Shown: positions 9,709 to 21,467, counted from the stretch's first letter. The stretch: 64,000 nucleotides of DNA from Deltaproteobacteria bacterium (GCA_016874845.1 VGSZ01000004.1:1980-65979); one strand, 5' to 3'. Numbers and translations: made by a program. Notes: generated by a model from the sequence alone, not told the origin.

Positions 9709-9840
9709 CCCGTGACGCCCGTGCCGCCCGTGCCGCCCGTGCCGCCCGTGCCGCCCGTGCCGCCCGTGCCGCCCGTGCCGCCCGTGCCGCCCGTGCCGCC
9801 CGTGCCGCCCGTGCCGCCCGCGCCGCCCGTGCCGCCCGTT
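9709..9840. repeat. 9-bp tandem repeat, about 14 copies (cgtgccgcc), intergenic between the dCMP deaminase and mnmA
   Basis: Direct read of near-perfect cgtgccgcc units with one cgcgccgcc variant. Not in the frame of either flanking gene. Confidence 0.9.
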
Positions 9841-9874
9841 GGCAGCCGCGGCCGCGCTCTCTACATAGTCCCGC

Positions 9875-11143
9875 GTGACCGACGCCTGCGCGCCCGCTCT
9901 CATCGACGACGACGCCCGCGCCCGCGCCGACGCCTTCGTCGTGCCGCACGCCGAGCGCCCCCGCCGCGTGGTCGTCGCCTTGTCGGGGGGCGTCGACTCG
10001 TCGGTGGTCGCGTGGCTGTTGCAGCAGGCCGGCCACGACGTGATCGGCGTCTCGCTGCGCCTCGCCCCCGACGACACCGGCTCGCTGGCCGTGCGCCACG
10101 GCCGCTGCTGCAGCCACGACGACCTGACCGACGCCCGCCGCGTCGCTGACGCCGTGGGCGCGCCGTTCTACGCGCTCGACGCCCGCGCCCGCTTCAAGGA
10201 CGCCGTCTTCGACCCGTTCGTGAGCGACTGGCAGAGCGGGCGGACGCCCATCCCCTGCCTGGCCTGCAACCACGACGTCAAGCTTGGCGACCTGTTGAAG
10301 ACCGCGCGGGCGATGGACGCCGTGCTGGCCACCGGCCACTACGTGCGCCGCGTCGCGCGCCCCGACCCCACCGCTGCTGGTGTCGTACACGCCGCGCTGG
10401 CGCGGCCGGCCGACCGACGGCGCGACCAGAGCTACTGGCTGTACGGCACGCCCTTCGCTGACGTGGCCGACCTGCTGTTTCCGCTGGGCGACCTCGACAA
10501 GCCGCTGGTGCGGGCGCTGGCGGCGCGGGCCGGGCTGCCCGTCGTTTCGCACAAGCCCGACAGCCAGGAGATCTGCTTCGTCCCCGATGGCGATCACGCC
10601 GCCGTCGTCGAGCGCGCCGCGGGCCCGCTGCCGGCGGGCGAGCTGGTGCACATCGGCGGCCGCCGCCTCGGCACCCACAAGGGCGTCCACCACTTCACCG
10701 TCGGCCAGCGCCGCGGCACCGGCGTCGCGAGCCCGAATGAAGGCGAGCGCCTCTACGTCGTCGATGTGGACGCGGCCAGCCACACTGTCACCCTCGGCCC
10801 GCGCGAGGCGCTGGCGACGCGCGCCGTGCGCGCCTCGCCCTTGCGCTGCGCCCAGCCGTTGTCGTCCTGGCCGCGCCGCGTGTTCGCCCAGGTGCGCGCC
10901 CGCCACGCGGCGCAGTCGGCCACGTGGGCCATCGACGGCGACGCGCTCACCGTGCGCTTCGACGAGCCGGTGCACGGCGTCGCCCCCGGGCAGGCGCTCG
11001 TGGTCTACGACGACGACGTCGTCCTCGGCGGCGCGGTCATCGACGCCCGCGACGACGGCGCCATTCCTCGCGCCACGCGCCGTCCCTCGGCGCCAGCCTC
11101 GTCGCCGTCGTCCGGGCCATCGTCGTCTGGGTCGTCGGTCTAG
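9875..11143 (+). CDS. mnmA: tRNA-specific 2-thiouridylase MnmA
   Basis: PP-loop SGGVDSSV, catalytic Cys region PCLACN, ICFV motif. The true start may be an internal GTG near 9941. Confidence 0.9.
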   Translation: MTDACAPALIDDDARARADAFVVPHAERPRRVVVALSGGVDSSVVAWLLQQAGHDVIGVSLRLAPDDTGSLAVRHGRCCSHDDLTDARRVADAVGAPFYALDARARFKDAVFDPFVSDWQSGRTPIPCLACNHDVKLGDLLKTARAMDAVLATGHYVRRVARPDPTAAGVVHAALARPADRRRDQSYWLYGTPFADVADLLFPLGDLDKPLVRALAARAGLPVVSHKPDSQEICFVPDGDHAAVVERAAGPLPAGELVHIGGRRLGTHKGVHHFTVGQRRGTGVASPNEGERLYVVDVDAASHTVTLGPREALATRAVRASPLRCAQPLSSWPRRVFAQVRARHAAQSATWAIDGDALTVRFDEPVHGVAPGQALVVYDDDVVLGGAVIDARDDGAIPRATRRPSAPASSPSSGPSSSGSSV

Positions 11144-12699
11144 CCGCCGCCGGTGCCGGCGAGGACGCAGACGTAGAAGACGCCCTCGGTGGGGTGCAGC
11201 GCGAGGCCCGCGCCCAGCGCCGTCGTGTCCATGTCGAGCAGCGCCGGGAACGGGCCGAGCAGCAGCGGGTCGTCGATGCGCGCCACCAGCGGCTGCACGC
11301 GGGTCATCGACGCGTCGGCCTCGAGCGCCACCGCGCCGATGGGGCCGCCGAGCAACGTGTCGTCGACGCGGCCGGTCTCCATCATGCGCCGCGCCAGACG
11401 GACAGCGGCGTCCTCGAGGGTGTCGCTGACGACGAGCGGCTCGAGCCCGCGCTTCGTGCGCGTCGCGTTGGTGTCGTCGAGCAGGCGCCGCTGCACCGCG
11501 GCGGGCTCGCGCACCGGCGGGCGCCGGCCGAGCAGCGCCACCAGCGTCTTCTGCTCGCGGCCGAGGGCGTCCTGCCCGCGGACGACGGCGATGCCCATGT
11601 GGGTGACGCCGAGGGCGACCAGCTCCCATCGGTGGGCAGGGCTGTCGACCAGCGCCTGCCAGGCGTCGTCCAGCGTGCTGCCGCGGGCCTGCAGCTCGGC
11701 GAGCCGCACGAACTGCGCGCGCGGATCGTCGCCGAAGCGCGCCGACAGCGCCTTCTGCGGGTCGACGCCAAGGACGATATGACCGAGCGCCTTGCCGACG
11801 CCGGCGGCGCGCTCGGCGGCCAGCGACGACAGCGGCGGCGAGACCTTCAGCGGCTCGAGCAGCTGCTCGTTGCGCAGCCGCTGCACCAGGGCCTCCGCCC
11901 GGTGGGACAGCGCGACGTCGTCGTGGCCGTCGTCAGGAAAGAGCACCGCCGGCGACGGAGGCAAGGCCAGGTGGCCGCGCACGTAGGGCCAAAGCAGCGC
12001 CACCTCGGGGGCGCCGCGGGGGGCGCCGTCGTCGTCGATGTCGTCGGCGATCAGCTCGAGCACGTGCCGGCCCTCGCGCCGCGACGGCAGCGTCAGCGTC
12101 TGGGCGCGGCCGCCGCCCTCGACGGGGAGGCGGTCGACGAGGCCGTCGGGGCCGAGCACGAAGACGTGGCCCGCCTTGCGCGGCGACAGCGTCAGCGTCA
12201 GCCGCGCCGGCGCGCGGCGGTCGGGCACGAACGCCGGCGGCAGCTCGTCGACGACGACGACGCGGCGGGCGCCGACGGCGGCGAAGCAGGGCTGCCCGCC
12301 GGGGCGCGCGCCCTCGGCGGCGCCCCAGTGCGAGAGTCCTACGTCGGCGAACAGCGCGGCCACGCGCGCGCGCGCCTCGTCGGCCGACGTCGACAGCGCC
12401 GCGGTGACCTGGCCATCCCATACGCGGGCGGTGGCGCGCACGTCGTCGTCGACGACGGCGTCGCCGCCGCGCGCGCACAGCACGGCGGCGGCCTCGTCGA
12501 GGGCGCGGTCGCGGGCCAGATCGCGCGCCACCGCCGGGAGCCACGCCGGCGCCGCGTCGGACGTCGTCGCGGTCGTCGCGTCGACGGTCGGGGGGGTGAT
12601 GCACGACGCCGCGACCCCGAGCAGGACGGCGAGGGCGCCGTGGTGGGCTGTGCGCAGAAGGCCGTGCGTGGAGCGGCGAGGGGTCGTGGCGGGCAGCAC
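11140..12699 (-). CDS. Hypothetical lipoprotein/secreted protein
   Basis: 519-aa ORF with signal-like N-terminus LLGVAASC (possible lipobox). No confident domain. Its 3' end overlaps the mnmA stop by 4 nt, convergently. Confidence 0.6.
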   Translation of the reverse strand: MLPATTPRRSTHGLLRTAHHGALAVLLGVAASCITPPTVDATTATTSDAAPAWLPAVARDLARDRALDEAAAVLCARGGDAVVDDDVRATARVWDGQVTAALSTSADEARARVAALFADVGLSHWGAAEGARPGGQPCFAAVGARRVVVVDELPPAFVPDRRAPARLTLTLSPRKAGHVFVLGPDGLVDRLPVEGGGRAQTLTLPSRREGRHVLELIADDIDDDGAPRGAPEVALLWPYVRGHLALPPSPAVLFPDDGHDDVALSHRAEALVQRLRNEQLLEPLKVSPPLSSLAAERAAGVGKALGHIVLGVDPQKALSARFGDDPRAQFVRLAELQARGSTLDDAWQALVDSPAHRWELVALGVTHMGIAVVRGQDALGREQKTLVALLGRRPPVREPAAVQRRLLDDTNATRTKRGLEPLVVSDTLEDAAVRLARRMMETGRVDDTLLGGPIGAVALEADASMTRVQPLVARIDDPLLLGPFPALLDMDTTALGAGLALHPTEGVFYVCVLAGTGGG

Positions 12700-12801
12700 G
12701 CGCGGAGCATCCCCACGGTCGCGCGGCGCGGCAAGGGCCGCCGCGCGGCGACGGCGGCCATGGGGTCGACGGGGTGGACGGGGTCGATGGCGTGCCCGGG
12801 G

Positions 12802-14934
12802 CTACGGCGGTCTGGCCTCGGCGCCGTAGCCGTCGTCCGGCAGCAGCCAGGGCGGCACGGGCTTGTCGTCGTCGCCCTCAGGGGGCGCGGTGACGCCAGC
12901 GTCGACGACGGGCGGCGGCGGCGGCGGCGGGCGCAGCGCGGCCTCGGCGGCGAGCAGCGCGCGGCGCTCGTCCTCGGTGACCGCCTGCAGCACCAGCTGG
13001 ACGGCGCGCGTGCGGCTCGCCGCGATATCGACCGTCGCCGACGCCGCGCGGCCGCTCACCGGGTCCTCGACGCGCACGACGTGGCGGCCGGCGGCGATGC
13101 GCACGTCGATGACCGGCGTGAAGCGCCCGGTGTCGACGCCGTCGACAAAGACGCGGCCCCATGGCTCCGAGCGCAGCGACAGCGCGCCGGCCGGGGCGTC
13201 GGCCATGACGAACAGCGGGTCATCGACCTGCCGCGCCGCGTGCCCGGCCAGCGCCCGCAGCGCGTCCTCGGCGCGGGTCTTCAGCGCGGCGTCGCCGGTC
13301 TTGTCGGCGACCGCGAGGAGCGCCACGTGCACCTCGGGGATGAACGGGTTCTCCCACGTGGCGCGCTCGTATTGCTTCTGCGCCTCGTCCCAGCGCTGGT
13401 CGCGCACGGCCAGCCGCCCGAGCAGCACGCGCGTCTGCGGGTCGTCGGGGAAGACGGCCACGGTCTTGTCCAGCCACTGACGCGCGCGGAGGACGTCGCC
13501 GGTCTGCAGCAGCACGCCGGCGAGCCGGTTGTGCAGCGCCGGGCTCGTCACCCCCGTGATCTTCGCCGCCCGCTCGTACTCGACGGCGGCGGCCTTCAGC
13601 CGGCGGCGCTCGCGCAGCAGGTTGCCCAGCCGCACGTGCTTCTTGCCCGCCGCACCGCGCTCCGTTGCCTCTTTCAGCGCGGCCTCCTCCTCGGCTTCGT
13701 CTACGGCAGGGCCCGCGCCACGGGCGTCCTTCACGAACGTCAGGCGCTTCGGCTCAGCCCCCGGCACCAGCTTGAACGCCCGCTTGCCGAGGTACTGCCG
13801 CCAATCGCGCTGCAGCCCCGCGAGGTCGCGCCCGGTCGACGCCCGCAGCGCCTCGTCCATCGTGGCGTCGTTGGCGAGGGTTTCCAGAAGGATGTTGGTC
13901 GCGCGCTTGCCGTCTTTTTCGGGGATGGTCTTTTCGACGAATTCGATGACGGTGAAGACCTCGGCGAAGGCCAGCGCGGTGTCGTCCTGCGACGGCAGCT
14001 TGGCCATCGACGGGTGCATCTGCTCGAAGGTGATGAGCTTGCCGGTCTTGGTGCCCCTGGCGAGCAGGTTCTCGCTGGCGGCGTCGAGGGCGAGCCCCGG
14101 GGCGCCGCGCCAGCGCGTCTCGTTGTACTTGGCGAGGCCTTCGTGCAGCCACACCGGCACGGTGTTCCGGCTCTTCTCCGAGATGATCAGGTGCAGCAGC
14201 TCGTGGGCCAGCGTGTCCAGCCACGAGTACCCGCGGGCCAGTGCCTTGGGGCTCGTGACCATCAGCCGGTTGTACTTGCACAAGGCGATGGTGCCCGAGG
14301 TCTCGATCTCCTTCTCGGTCAGGCTCGACACATGGGCCAGCCCGCGGGCGTCGTGCAGCACGTCGACGGCGATCTTGTGCCGCGGCACGTAGTCGAACGC
14401 CGCCGTGATCCGCTCGAACGCCTGCTCCAGCGCCTGCAGCGCGATGGGGAACAGCACCTCGTCCTTGCCCGCAGGCACCCGCACGATGAAGTGCGCGCTC
14501 TCCTTCGACAGCGCGCCGCGCGTCTCCTCAAGCGTGCTCTCGGCCAGCGGCAACAACGCCGGCGCCTCCCCCGCCTCCGCCGCCCGCCGCAACAGCCGCA
14601 CCGCGCTGTCGAAGTCGCCCTGATGGAACTTCACCGCGCCCAGCAACGCCTGCACCGGAGGCACGTCCGGCAGCTGCCCGTCGAGCTCGGCGGCGATGGC
14701 CGCGGCCTCGTCGAGCTGCCAGTCGTTCAACAGCGCGTTGCCCTGCGCAATGCGGTCGGCCACCGCCTCCGCCGCGCCCGCCGCCCGCGCCGGCGATGCC
14801 GACAGCGTCGACAGGACCGGCACCGAGGTACACAGCAGCGCGAAGAGGAGCGCCCGCGCCGATCGCCACGACGGTCGCCGCGGCGAGGGTAGACGATGGA
14901 TCTGTCGAAAGTTATCAGCAGAAGGAGCGATCAT
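12802..14934 (-). CDS. Secreted TPR-repeat protein with a peptidase MA-like HEXXH domain and a C-terminal PEGA domain
   Basis: Signal peptide ALLFALLCTSVPVLS. HELLHLII HEXXH motif with downstream EGLAKY. TPR-like helical repeats. C-terminal PEGA-like GRVFVDGVDTGRFTPVIDVRIAAGRHVVRVE. A 4-nt overlap with the upstream DUF4175-like gene suggests an operon. Confidence 0.75.
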   Translation of the reverse strand: MIAPSADNFRQIHRLPSPRRPSWRSARALLFALLCTSVPVLSTLSASPARAAGAAEAVADRIAQGNALLNDWQLDEAAAIAAELDGQLPDVPPVQALLGAVKFHQGDFDSAVRLLRRAAEAGEAPALLPLAESTLEETRGALSKESAHFIVRVPAGKDEVLFPIALQALEQAFERITAAFDYVPRHKIAVDVLHDARGLAHVSSLTEKEIETSGTIALCKYNRLMVTSPKALARGYSWLDTLAHELLHLIISEKSRNTVPVWLHEGLAKYNETRWRGAPGLALDAASENLLARGTKTGKLITFEQMHPSMAKLPSQDDTALAFAEVFTVIEFVEKTIPEKDGKRATNILLETLANDATMDEALRASTGRDLAGLQRDWRQYLGKRAFKLVPGAEPKRLTFVKDARGAGPAVDEAEEEAALKEATERGAAGKKHVRLGNLLRERRRLKAAAVEYERAAKITGVTSPALHNRLAGVLLQTGDVLRARQWLDKTVAVFPDDPQTRVLLGRLAVRDQRWDEAQKQYERATWENPFIPEVHVALLAVADKTGDAALKTRAEDALRALAGHAARQVDDPLFVMADAPAGALSLRSEPWGRVFVDGVDTGRFTPVIDVRIAAGRHVVRVEDPVSGRAASATVDIAASRTRAVQLVLQAVTEDERRALLAAEAALRPPPPPPPVVDAGVTAPPEGDDDKPVPPWLLPDDGYGAEARPP

Positions 14935-17900
14935 TTGATCAGCTCCTCGTAGTATTTCTTGACCTCACCGGCCCAGTCGCCCGGCGCGCCCTCGCGCATG
15001 GCGTCGAGGATGTCCTTGCGGAAGGCGTCCTTGACCTTGAAGTCGCTGCCGTCGGGGATCTTGACCTCCTCCTTCGACGCGCCGCGCTGGCCGTCCTGCC
15101 CCTGACTGCCCTCGCTCTGCGGGGCGCCGCCGCCCGGCAGCGGCATCGGGATCCCGCCTTCGCCGCCGCCGTTCTTGGCCATCTCCTCCATCGCCTGCTG
15201 CAGCTGCTGCAGGTGCTGCAGCGCCTCGCTCTGCGCCTGCCGCGCCCCGCGCAGCCCGCTCGAAGGCGGCCCGCTCGAGGACGGCGACGCCGGCGGCGAC
15301 CCGCCACGGGCCTGTCCCTTCAGCTGCTGGCCGGCCTGCTGCATCGCCTGCTGCGCCTGCTGCAGCTGTCGCTTGTGCTCAGGGCCAAACAGCGGCGCGT
15401 TGCGCCCGATCTCGTCGAGCAGCTGCGCCAGCTTCTGCGCCTGCTCGCCGAGCTGCTCCTGCCGGTCGCCCTGCCGACCGAGGCGCTCGCGGTCGCGCGG
15501 ACCCATCGCCTGCGCCGGGTCGGGCATCGCCTCCTGCAGCGCGCGCCGCGCCTGCTCCAGCGCCCCCGCGGCCTCCTGCGCCGCGTCGCGGGCCGCCCGC
15601 GTCTCGCGGGTCGCGAACGACTGTCGACCACGCACGCGCTCGTCGAGGGACTGCGACGCCGTGCGCGCCGCGGCCTCGGCGGACTCGACGGCGCGCAGGG
15701 CGTCCTCGACGTCGCCGGACTCGAGCGCGCGCTGCAGGTCCTTCGTCGTCGCGCGGGCGCTGTCGAAGTCCTCCTCTTCGTAGCCGGTCAGCCCGTCGCG
15801 CGGCGCGCGGTCGAGGGCGCGCTCGGCCCGCTCGGCCTTCTTCTTCGCCTCGGCGAGCGCGGCCTCGAGCTTACCGCGGGCCTTCTCCTCGAGCTTCTTG
15901 CGCGCGGCGTCCATCGCCTCCTCGGTCTCGCCGAGCTGCTGCTGCTGCGCCTCCTGCAGGGCCTTCAGCTCGTCGCCGAAGCGCTCGAGCTTCTCGCGCA
16001 GCTCCTTGTTGTCTTCGCCGCCGAGCTCCTCGCCGGTCTTCTGCAGGTCCTCGACCATCTTCTGCGTCGACTCGAGCATCTGCTCCAGCGCCTGCGCGGC
16101 GTCGTCGAGGCGGCCCTCCTCGATCATCTCGTCGAGGGTGCTCGCCTTGTCGAACATCTCGCCGCCCTTGAACGCGTCCTCGTTCAGGTGCTCGTCGGGC
16201 AGCTCGCGGCGGAGCTCGGCGAGCTTGGCGGCGAGCTGGGCGAGCTGCTCCTGCATGCGGCGGATCTCGTCGAGCAGCGCGTCGCGGGTCTGCGGGTCCC
16301 CCGACTCCTTGTACTGCTGCAGGAGCGACTTCAGGTCCTGCTGCGCGGCCTTCATGTCGGCGACCAGTTTCTGCGTCTCCCGCACGCGCTCCCGCTGCAC
16401 GAGGTCGTCGAGATACAGGATGTCCTTCTCGAGCCGCTGCACGAACGCCTGCTGGACGAAGGTCAGTCGCTGCCACTGTGACAGCGGCACGGCGCGCGGC
16501 TCGACCGGGGTGGGCGTGCGCTCGACGGTGGAGCGCTTGTCGTCTTCGCGCTGGCCGAGCTCAAGGCGCATGTTGGCCAGCGCGCGGCGAACCCCGTCGT
16601 CGGCGCGCTCGTCGCGGGCGATGGCGGTCAGCGTGTCGGCGAAGGCCTTCATCATGTCGGCTGCGCGGGGCGCGAGCTGCCGGTGGCGGGCCAGCAGCCG
16701 CGCCTGCAGCGCACCGTCGGTGACGGCCCCGTCGTCGGGGGCCAGCGGGGCCTCGAGCTCGTCGCCGAGCACCTCGACCATCCGCTGCATCAGCGCTTCG
16801 AGGCGCGCGATCACCTCCTCGTGGTGCTTGGAAGCCGAGAACACCGTGAGCACGCGGGTCGTCGAGCGCCCGACGTTCGGCCCGGCGACCGCGTCGTTGT
16901 CGACGGCCTCGACGGTGACGGCCAGCGTCTCGCCGGGGCGCGCGCCAGTGTCGGCGACGAGGAAGCTGCCGCGGCCGCGCGCCTGGCGCAGGCTTGGCAC
17001 CTCGGCCAGCACCTTCTCGTAGGGCGCGCGGCTGCCGCCCTGCCGCTTGACGACGACGCGCACCTTCGTGACGCCGAAGTCGTCCTCGGCGACGAAGGCG
17101 AGCGCGACGTCCTCGTCGGGCTGCACGACGCGGTCGGCGGCGGGCTCGTCGAGGCGGACGCTGGGCGCGGCGTCCGCCTGGACGAGGATCTTGTGGGCGA
17201 TGGGGTCGATGTCGACGTCGCCGTTCTCCTCTTCGACGCGGAAGCGCCAGGCGCCGTTCGCCTCGACGACGAAGCGCGCCGACAGGGCGCGGCGGTCCTT
17301 CACGGCGGCGTCGAGGACGAGCTCTTTTTCGCCGCCGGTGACGAGCAGGGCGGCGGCGCGCACGGGGCGGTCGGCGCGGCCCTGCAGGATGACCTCGGTG
17401 CCGCGGGGCGCGGTGACGTCACCCGACGACCCGGGGATGACTTCGTCGGCGCGGGCCATGTACGCCGGGAAGCGCAGCGTGAGGGTCAGGTCGGTGACCA
17501 GCGGCGTCTGCTGCGCGGCGCGGGCGGACAGGGCCTCGGCGGCGGCGCTGTCGTCGAGCAGCTTCGCCACGCGGGCGCCGAGCCCCGCCGGCGACAGCGC
17601 CGCCCAGCCGCCGAGCAGGCCGAGGCCGAGGGCCAGCCACGAGAGCGTGGGCACGGCGCGCTCGAGGCCGATGGCGGGCACGCTCTCGAGGGCGTCGTTG
17701 TCGACGAGGGTGGCGGCGGTGCGCTCGATGTGGGCGTCGCACAGGGCGCGCGAGCGGCCGGCGTCGTCGTCGACGGCGGCGTCGCGCAGCTCGAGGGCGC
17801 CGCGCACGAGGCCGCGGGCGTCGCGGCCGCGGCGCTGCAGGGCGGCCTCCAGCGCCCGGCCGACGACGAGATCGCTGGCAAGCGGCAGGGCCCGGCGCAG

Positions 17901-18413
17901 CACGACGAGGGCGGCGGCGCCGACCCCGGCGAGGGCGACCAGACCGAGCAGGCCGTTGCGCAGCGGCAGCGAGAACGGGACGGCGCCCACGACGAGGGCG
18001 GCGACGAAGACGGCCAGGGCGACGCCGGCGGCGGCGGCGCCGGCGGCCTCGGCGAACGCCGCGCGCAGCAGAGGGCGTCGCGCGGCGGCGAGCACGGCGT
18101 CAAGGCGCTGGGTCGGGGAGCGCAGCGTCGGCGGAAAGGTCGGCGGGGAGGTTGGTACTGACAGCGCGGCGTGGGGCGAGCCCGGTGAGGGCGGGGAGCG
18201 AGGCCCGGCCGGCCGGTCGGTGAAGCCGGGGGGGGCGCAGTCGTCGGCGGAGGCGGCGCCGGCGGCGGGGCGCTCGTCGGGGGAGGGGCCGGGGTTCGCG
18301 GACATCGGCGGCGGGCTCCGTCGGGCGGGTGACGCGGTGCGGATCGGGTCCGGGGGCTGTGGGTCGGCGCCGGTGACGATGGGCGCGGGCCAGGCTGACA
18401 GCAGAGACGACAA
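14931..18413 (-). CDS. Large membrane-anchored coiled-coil protein (DUF4175-like family)
   Basis: 1160-aa ORF. Pro-rich N-terminus, two predicted TM helices (AALVVGAVPF..., LVALAGVGAAALVVL), and a very long E/K/Q/R/A-rich coiled-coil C-terminal half. The family name is from memory only. Confidence 0.7.
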   Translation of the reverse strand: MSSLLSAWPAPIVTGADPQPPDPIRTASPARRSPPPMSANPGPSPDERPAAGAASADDCAPPGFTDRPAGPRSPPSPGSPHAALSVPTSPPTFPPTLRSPTQRLDAVLAAARRPLLRAAFAEAAGAAAAGVALAVFVAALVVGAVPFSLPLRNGLLGLVALAGVGAAALVVLRRALPLASDLVVGRALEAALQRRGRDARGLVRGALELRDAAVDDDAGRSRALCDAHIERTAATLVDNDALESVPAIGLERAVPTLSWLALGLGLLGGWAALSPAGLGARVAKLLDDSAAAEALSARAAQQTPLVTDLTLTLRFPAYMARADEVIPGSSGDVTAPRGTEVILQGRADRPVRAAALLVTGGEKELVLDAAVKDRRALSARFVVEANGAWRFRVEEENGDVDIDPIAHKILVQADAAPSVRLDEPAADRVVQPDEDVALAFVAEDDFGVTKVRVVVKRQGGSRAPYEKVLAEVPSLRQARGRGSFLVADTGARPGETLAVTVEAVDNDAVAGPNVGRSTTRVLTVFSASKHHEEVIARLEALMQRMVEVLGDELEAPLAPDDGAVTDGALQARLLARHRQLAPRAADMMKAFADTLTAIARDERADDGVRRALANMRLELGQREDDKRSTVERTPTPVEPRAVPLSQWQRLTFVQQAFVQRLEKDILYLDDLVQRERVRETQKLVADMKAAQQDLKSLLQQYKESGDPQTRDALLDEIRRMQEQLAQLAAKLAELRRELPDEHLNEDAFKGGEMFDKASTLDEMIEEGRLDDAAQALEQMLESTQKMVEDLQKTGEELGGEDNKELREKLERFGDELKALQEAQQQQLGETEEAMDAARKKLEEKARGKLEAALAEAKKKAERAERALDRAPRDGLTGYEEEDFDSARATTKDLQRALESGDVEDALRAVESAEAAARTASQSLDERVRGRQSFATRETRAARDAAQEAAGALEQARRALQEAMPDPAQAMGPRDRERLGRQGDRQEQLGEQAQKLAQLLDEIGRNAPLFGPEHKRQLQQAQQAMQQAGQQLKGQARGGSPPASPSSSGPPSSGLRGARQAQSEALQHLQQLQQAMEEMAKNGGGEGGIPMPLPGGGAPQSEGSQGQDGQRGASKEEVKIPDGSDFKVKDAFRKDILDAMREGAPGDWAGEVKKYYEELIK

Positions 18414-18538
18414 CAGTGAGCAGGCGCACGGGCGGGATCGGGGATGAACAACGACGGTCTAGGGCTCGTCAACCCTTTCGACCATGACATAGTCGCGCGC
18501 CGCTCGCCGCGCAGCCTCGACGGGATGCCGGGATCGCG

Positions 18539-19494
18539 GTGACGTGGCGGAGACGGCGGAGGGAGCCGGTGGTGGAGCGGACGGCGAAGGCGCAAGCAGG
18601 CGGCGCGGTGACGACCGGTGCGGCGACGACCGGCGGGGCGGCGGAAGGGACCGCGGCGCGGGTGGCGCGGGCGCGGGCGCTCGTCGGCGCGGCGAAGCAG
18701 GGGGCGCAGTCGGCGGAGGCGCGGCGGCAGCAGGAGCGGGCCCGCGACGAGGCGCTGGTGAGCCGCGCGCGCGACGGCGACGCGGCGGCGTTCGCGCAGC
18801 TGGTGCGGGCGCACCAGGGGCGGCTGTTCTCGGTGGCCTTCGGGATGCTGCGTGACCGTGACGACGCGATGGACGTCGTGCAGGACGCGTTCATCCGGGC
18901 GCACCGCAAGCTCGCCGACTTCGAGGGCAACAGCGCGTTCTCGACGTGGCTGTACCGGATCACGGTGAACCTGTGCATCGACCGCAAGCGCGCGGTGGCG
19001 CGGCGCCGGCAGACCGACCTCGACGACGTCGCCGGCCGCAACTTCGAGGACGACCCGCTGTACGCCGAGGCCGACTTCGCGCCGCGGCTGTCGGGGGCAA
19101 ACCCCCTGCGCAACGTCGGCGACAAGCAGCTTGGCGAGCAGATCGGACGGGGCATGGCGCAGCTGTCCGAGGACCACCGCGCCATCGTGCTGCTGCGCGA
19201 GGTCGAGGGCATGTCCTACGAGGAGATCGCGGCGACCCTTGGCATTCCCAAGGGCACGGTGATGAGCCGGCTCTTCCACGCCCGAAAGAACCTGCAGCGC
19301 GCGCTGCGACCGCTGCTCGGCCTCGACGACGGCCTCGGTCTGGATGGCAGGCCCGAGGCTGGCGGCCCGGCGGACAGCCCGACGGATGGCCCGGCCGATG
19401 GCGCCGGATCCGCGGATCCCCCGACGGGTGAAGAAACCATCCCCACGCGTCGTCCGACCGCTGCGACGACGACGTCTGCCCCGGAGAAGCGCCC

Positions 19495-19498
<4 letters not shown>
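18539..19498 (+). CDS. ECF-type RNA polymerase sigma-70 family sigma factor with an acidic/Pro-rich C-terminal extension
   Basis: Region 2 (FSTWLYRITVNLCIDRKR) and region 4 (EEIAATLGIPKGTVMSRLFHARKNLQ) motifs. The likely true start is an internal GTG near 18760. Confidence 0.85.
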
Positions 19499-20765
<1,267 letters not shown>

Positions 20766-20769
<4 letters not shown>

Positions 20770-21347
20770 GCCACGTCGATGCTCCCGCTGGTCTTCGGGC
20801 AGCGCGCCGCGCGTCGTCGATCCCGCTTGCGATCCTGGTGGTCGCGGTCGCCGTCGCCGCCCCGTCGCGGGCGGCGCCGTCGTCGCCGCCCGCGACGCCA
20901 CCTGCGCCGGCGACCGCGTCGTCGACGCCGGCGGGGGCCGAGCGCTACGTCGTCGAGCTGCGGGTGATCGAGGGCAGCCGCGAGGGCAGCGGCGAGGTCG
21001 ACGCGCGCCTCGGTGCGCTGTCGCGCGACCTGAAGAGCCTGCCGTTTCGCACCTTCAAGCTGAAGGACGCGCACACGTCGGTGGTGGGCGACGGCGAGCG
21101 CGTCGGGCTCGAGATCCCCGGTGCGGCGCTGCAGCAGAAGCCCGACAAGAAGGCCCGGCGGTTCCTCGTCGTGTCGGCGCACGGACGGCAGCCGGGGGGC
21201 AAGCTGCGCTTCACGCTCGGCATCGAGGCGCTGAAGTTCGAGACGCTGGTGTCGGTGCCCGACGGCGGCACGATCATCGTCGGCGGCCCGCGCGGCGACA
21301 ACGGCAACGCGGTGCTCTTCGCGTTCACCGCCCGCACGCAGAAGTAG
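20766..21347 (+). CDS. Small secreted protein, third gene of the sigma/anti-sigma operon
   Basis: ATGA overlap with the anti-sigma stop. Signal peptide LAILVVAVAVAAPSRA. About 193 aa. No recognised domain. Confidence 0.6.
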
Positions 21348-21467
21348 CAGCACACGGAGACGCGAAAGGGCGACGCCGACGGACCCACCAGGGCCAGCCG
21401 GCGGTTCGCGCTCGTCGTCGACCGGCGGGGCTGTCTGGCCGCCGGCCGGACCGTCTATGCTCGACCG

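Noticed and set aside
9709-9840. Possible CRISPR array, given regular short repeats
   Set aside because: Units are only 9 bp and strictly contiguous with no spacers. There are no cas genes in the window.
9066-9878. 270-aa ORF beginning MTQQTTQQTT through the tandem repeats and across the dCMP deaminase in another frame
   Set aside because: Out of frame with the motif-supported deaminase (CHAEMN, PCLMC). The translation beyond the repeat is Arg-rich junk.
14931-14934. Possible programmed frameshift at overlapping stop/start codons (also at 19495, 20766, 48510, 51004)
   Set aside because: These are ordinary ATGA/GTGA/TGATG translational-coupling overlaps between separate genes, not frameshift sites.
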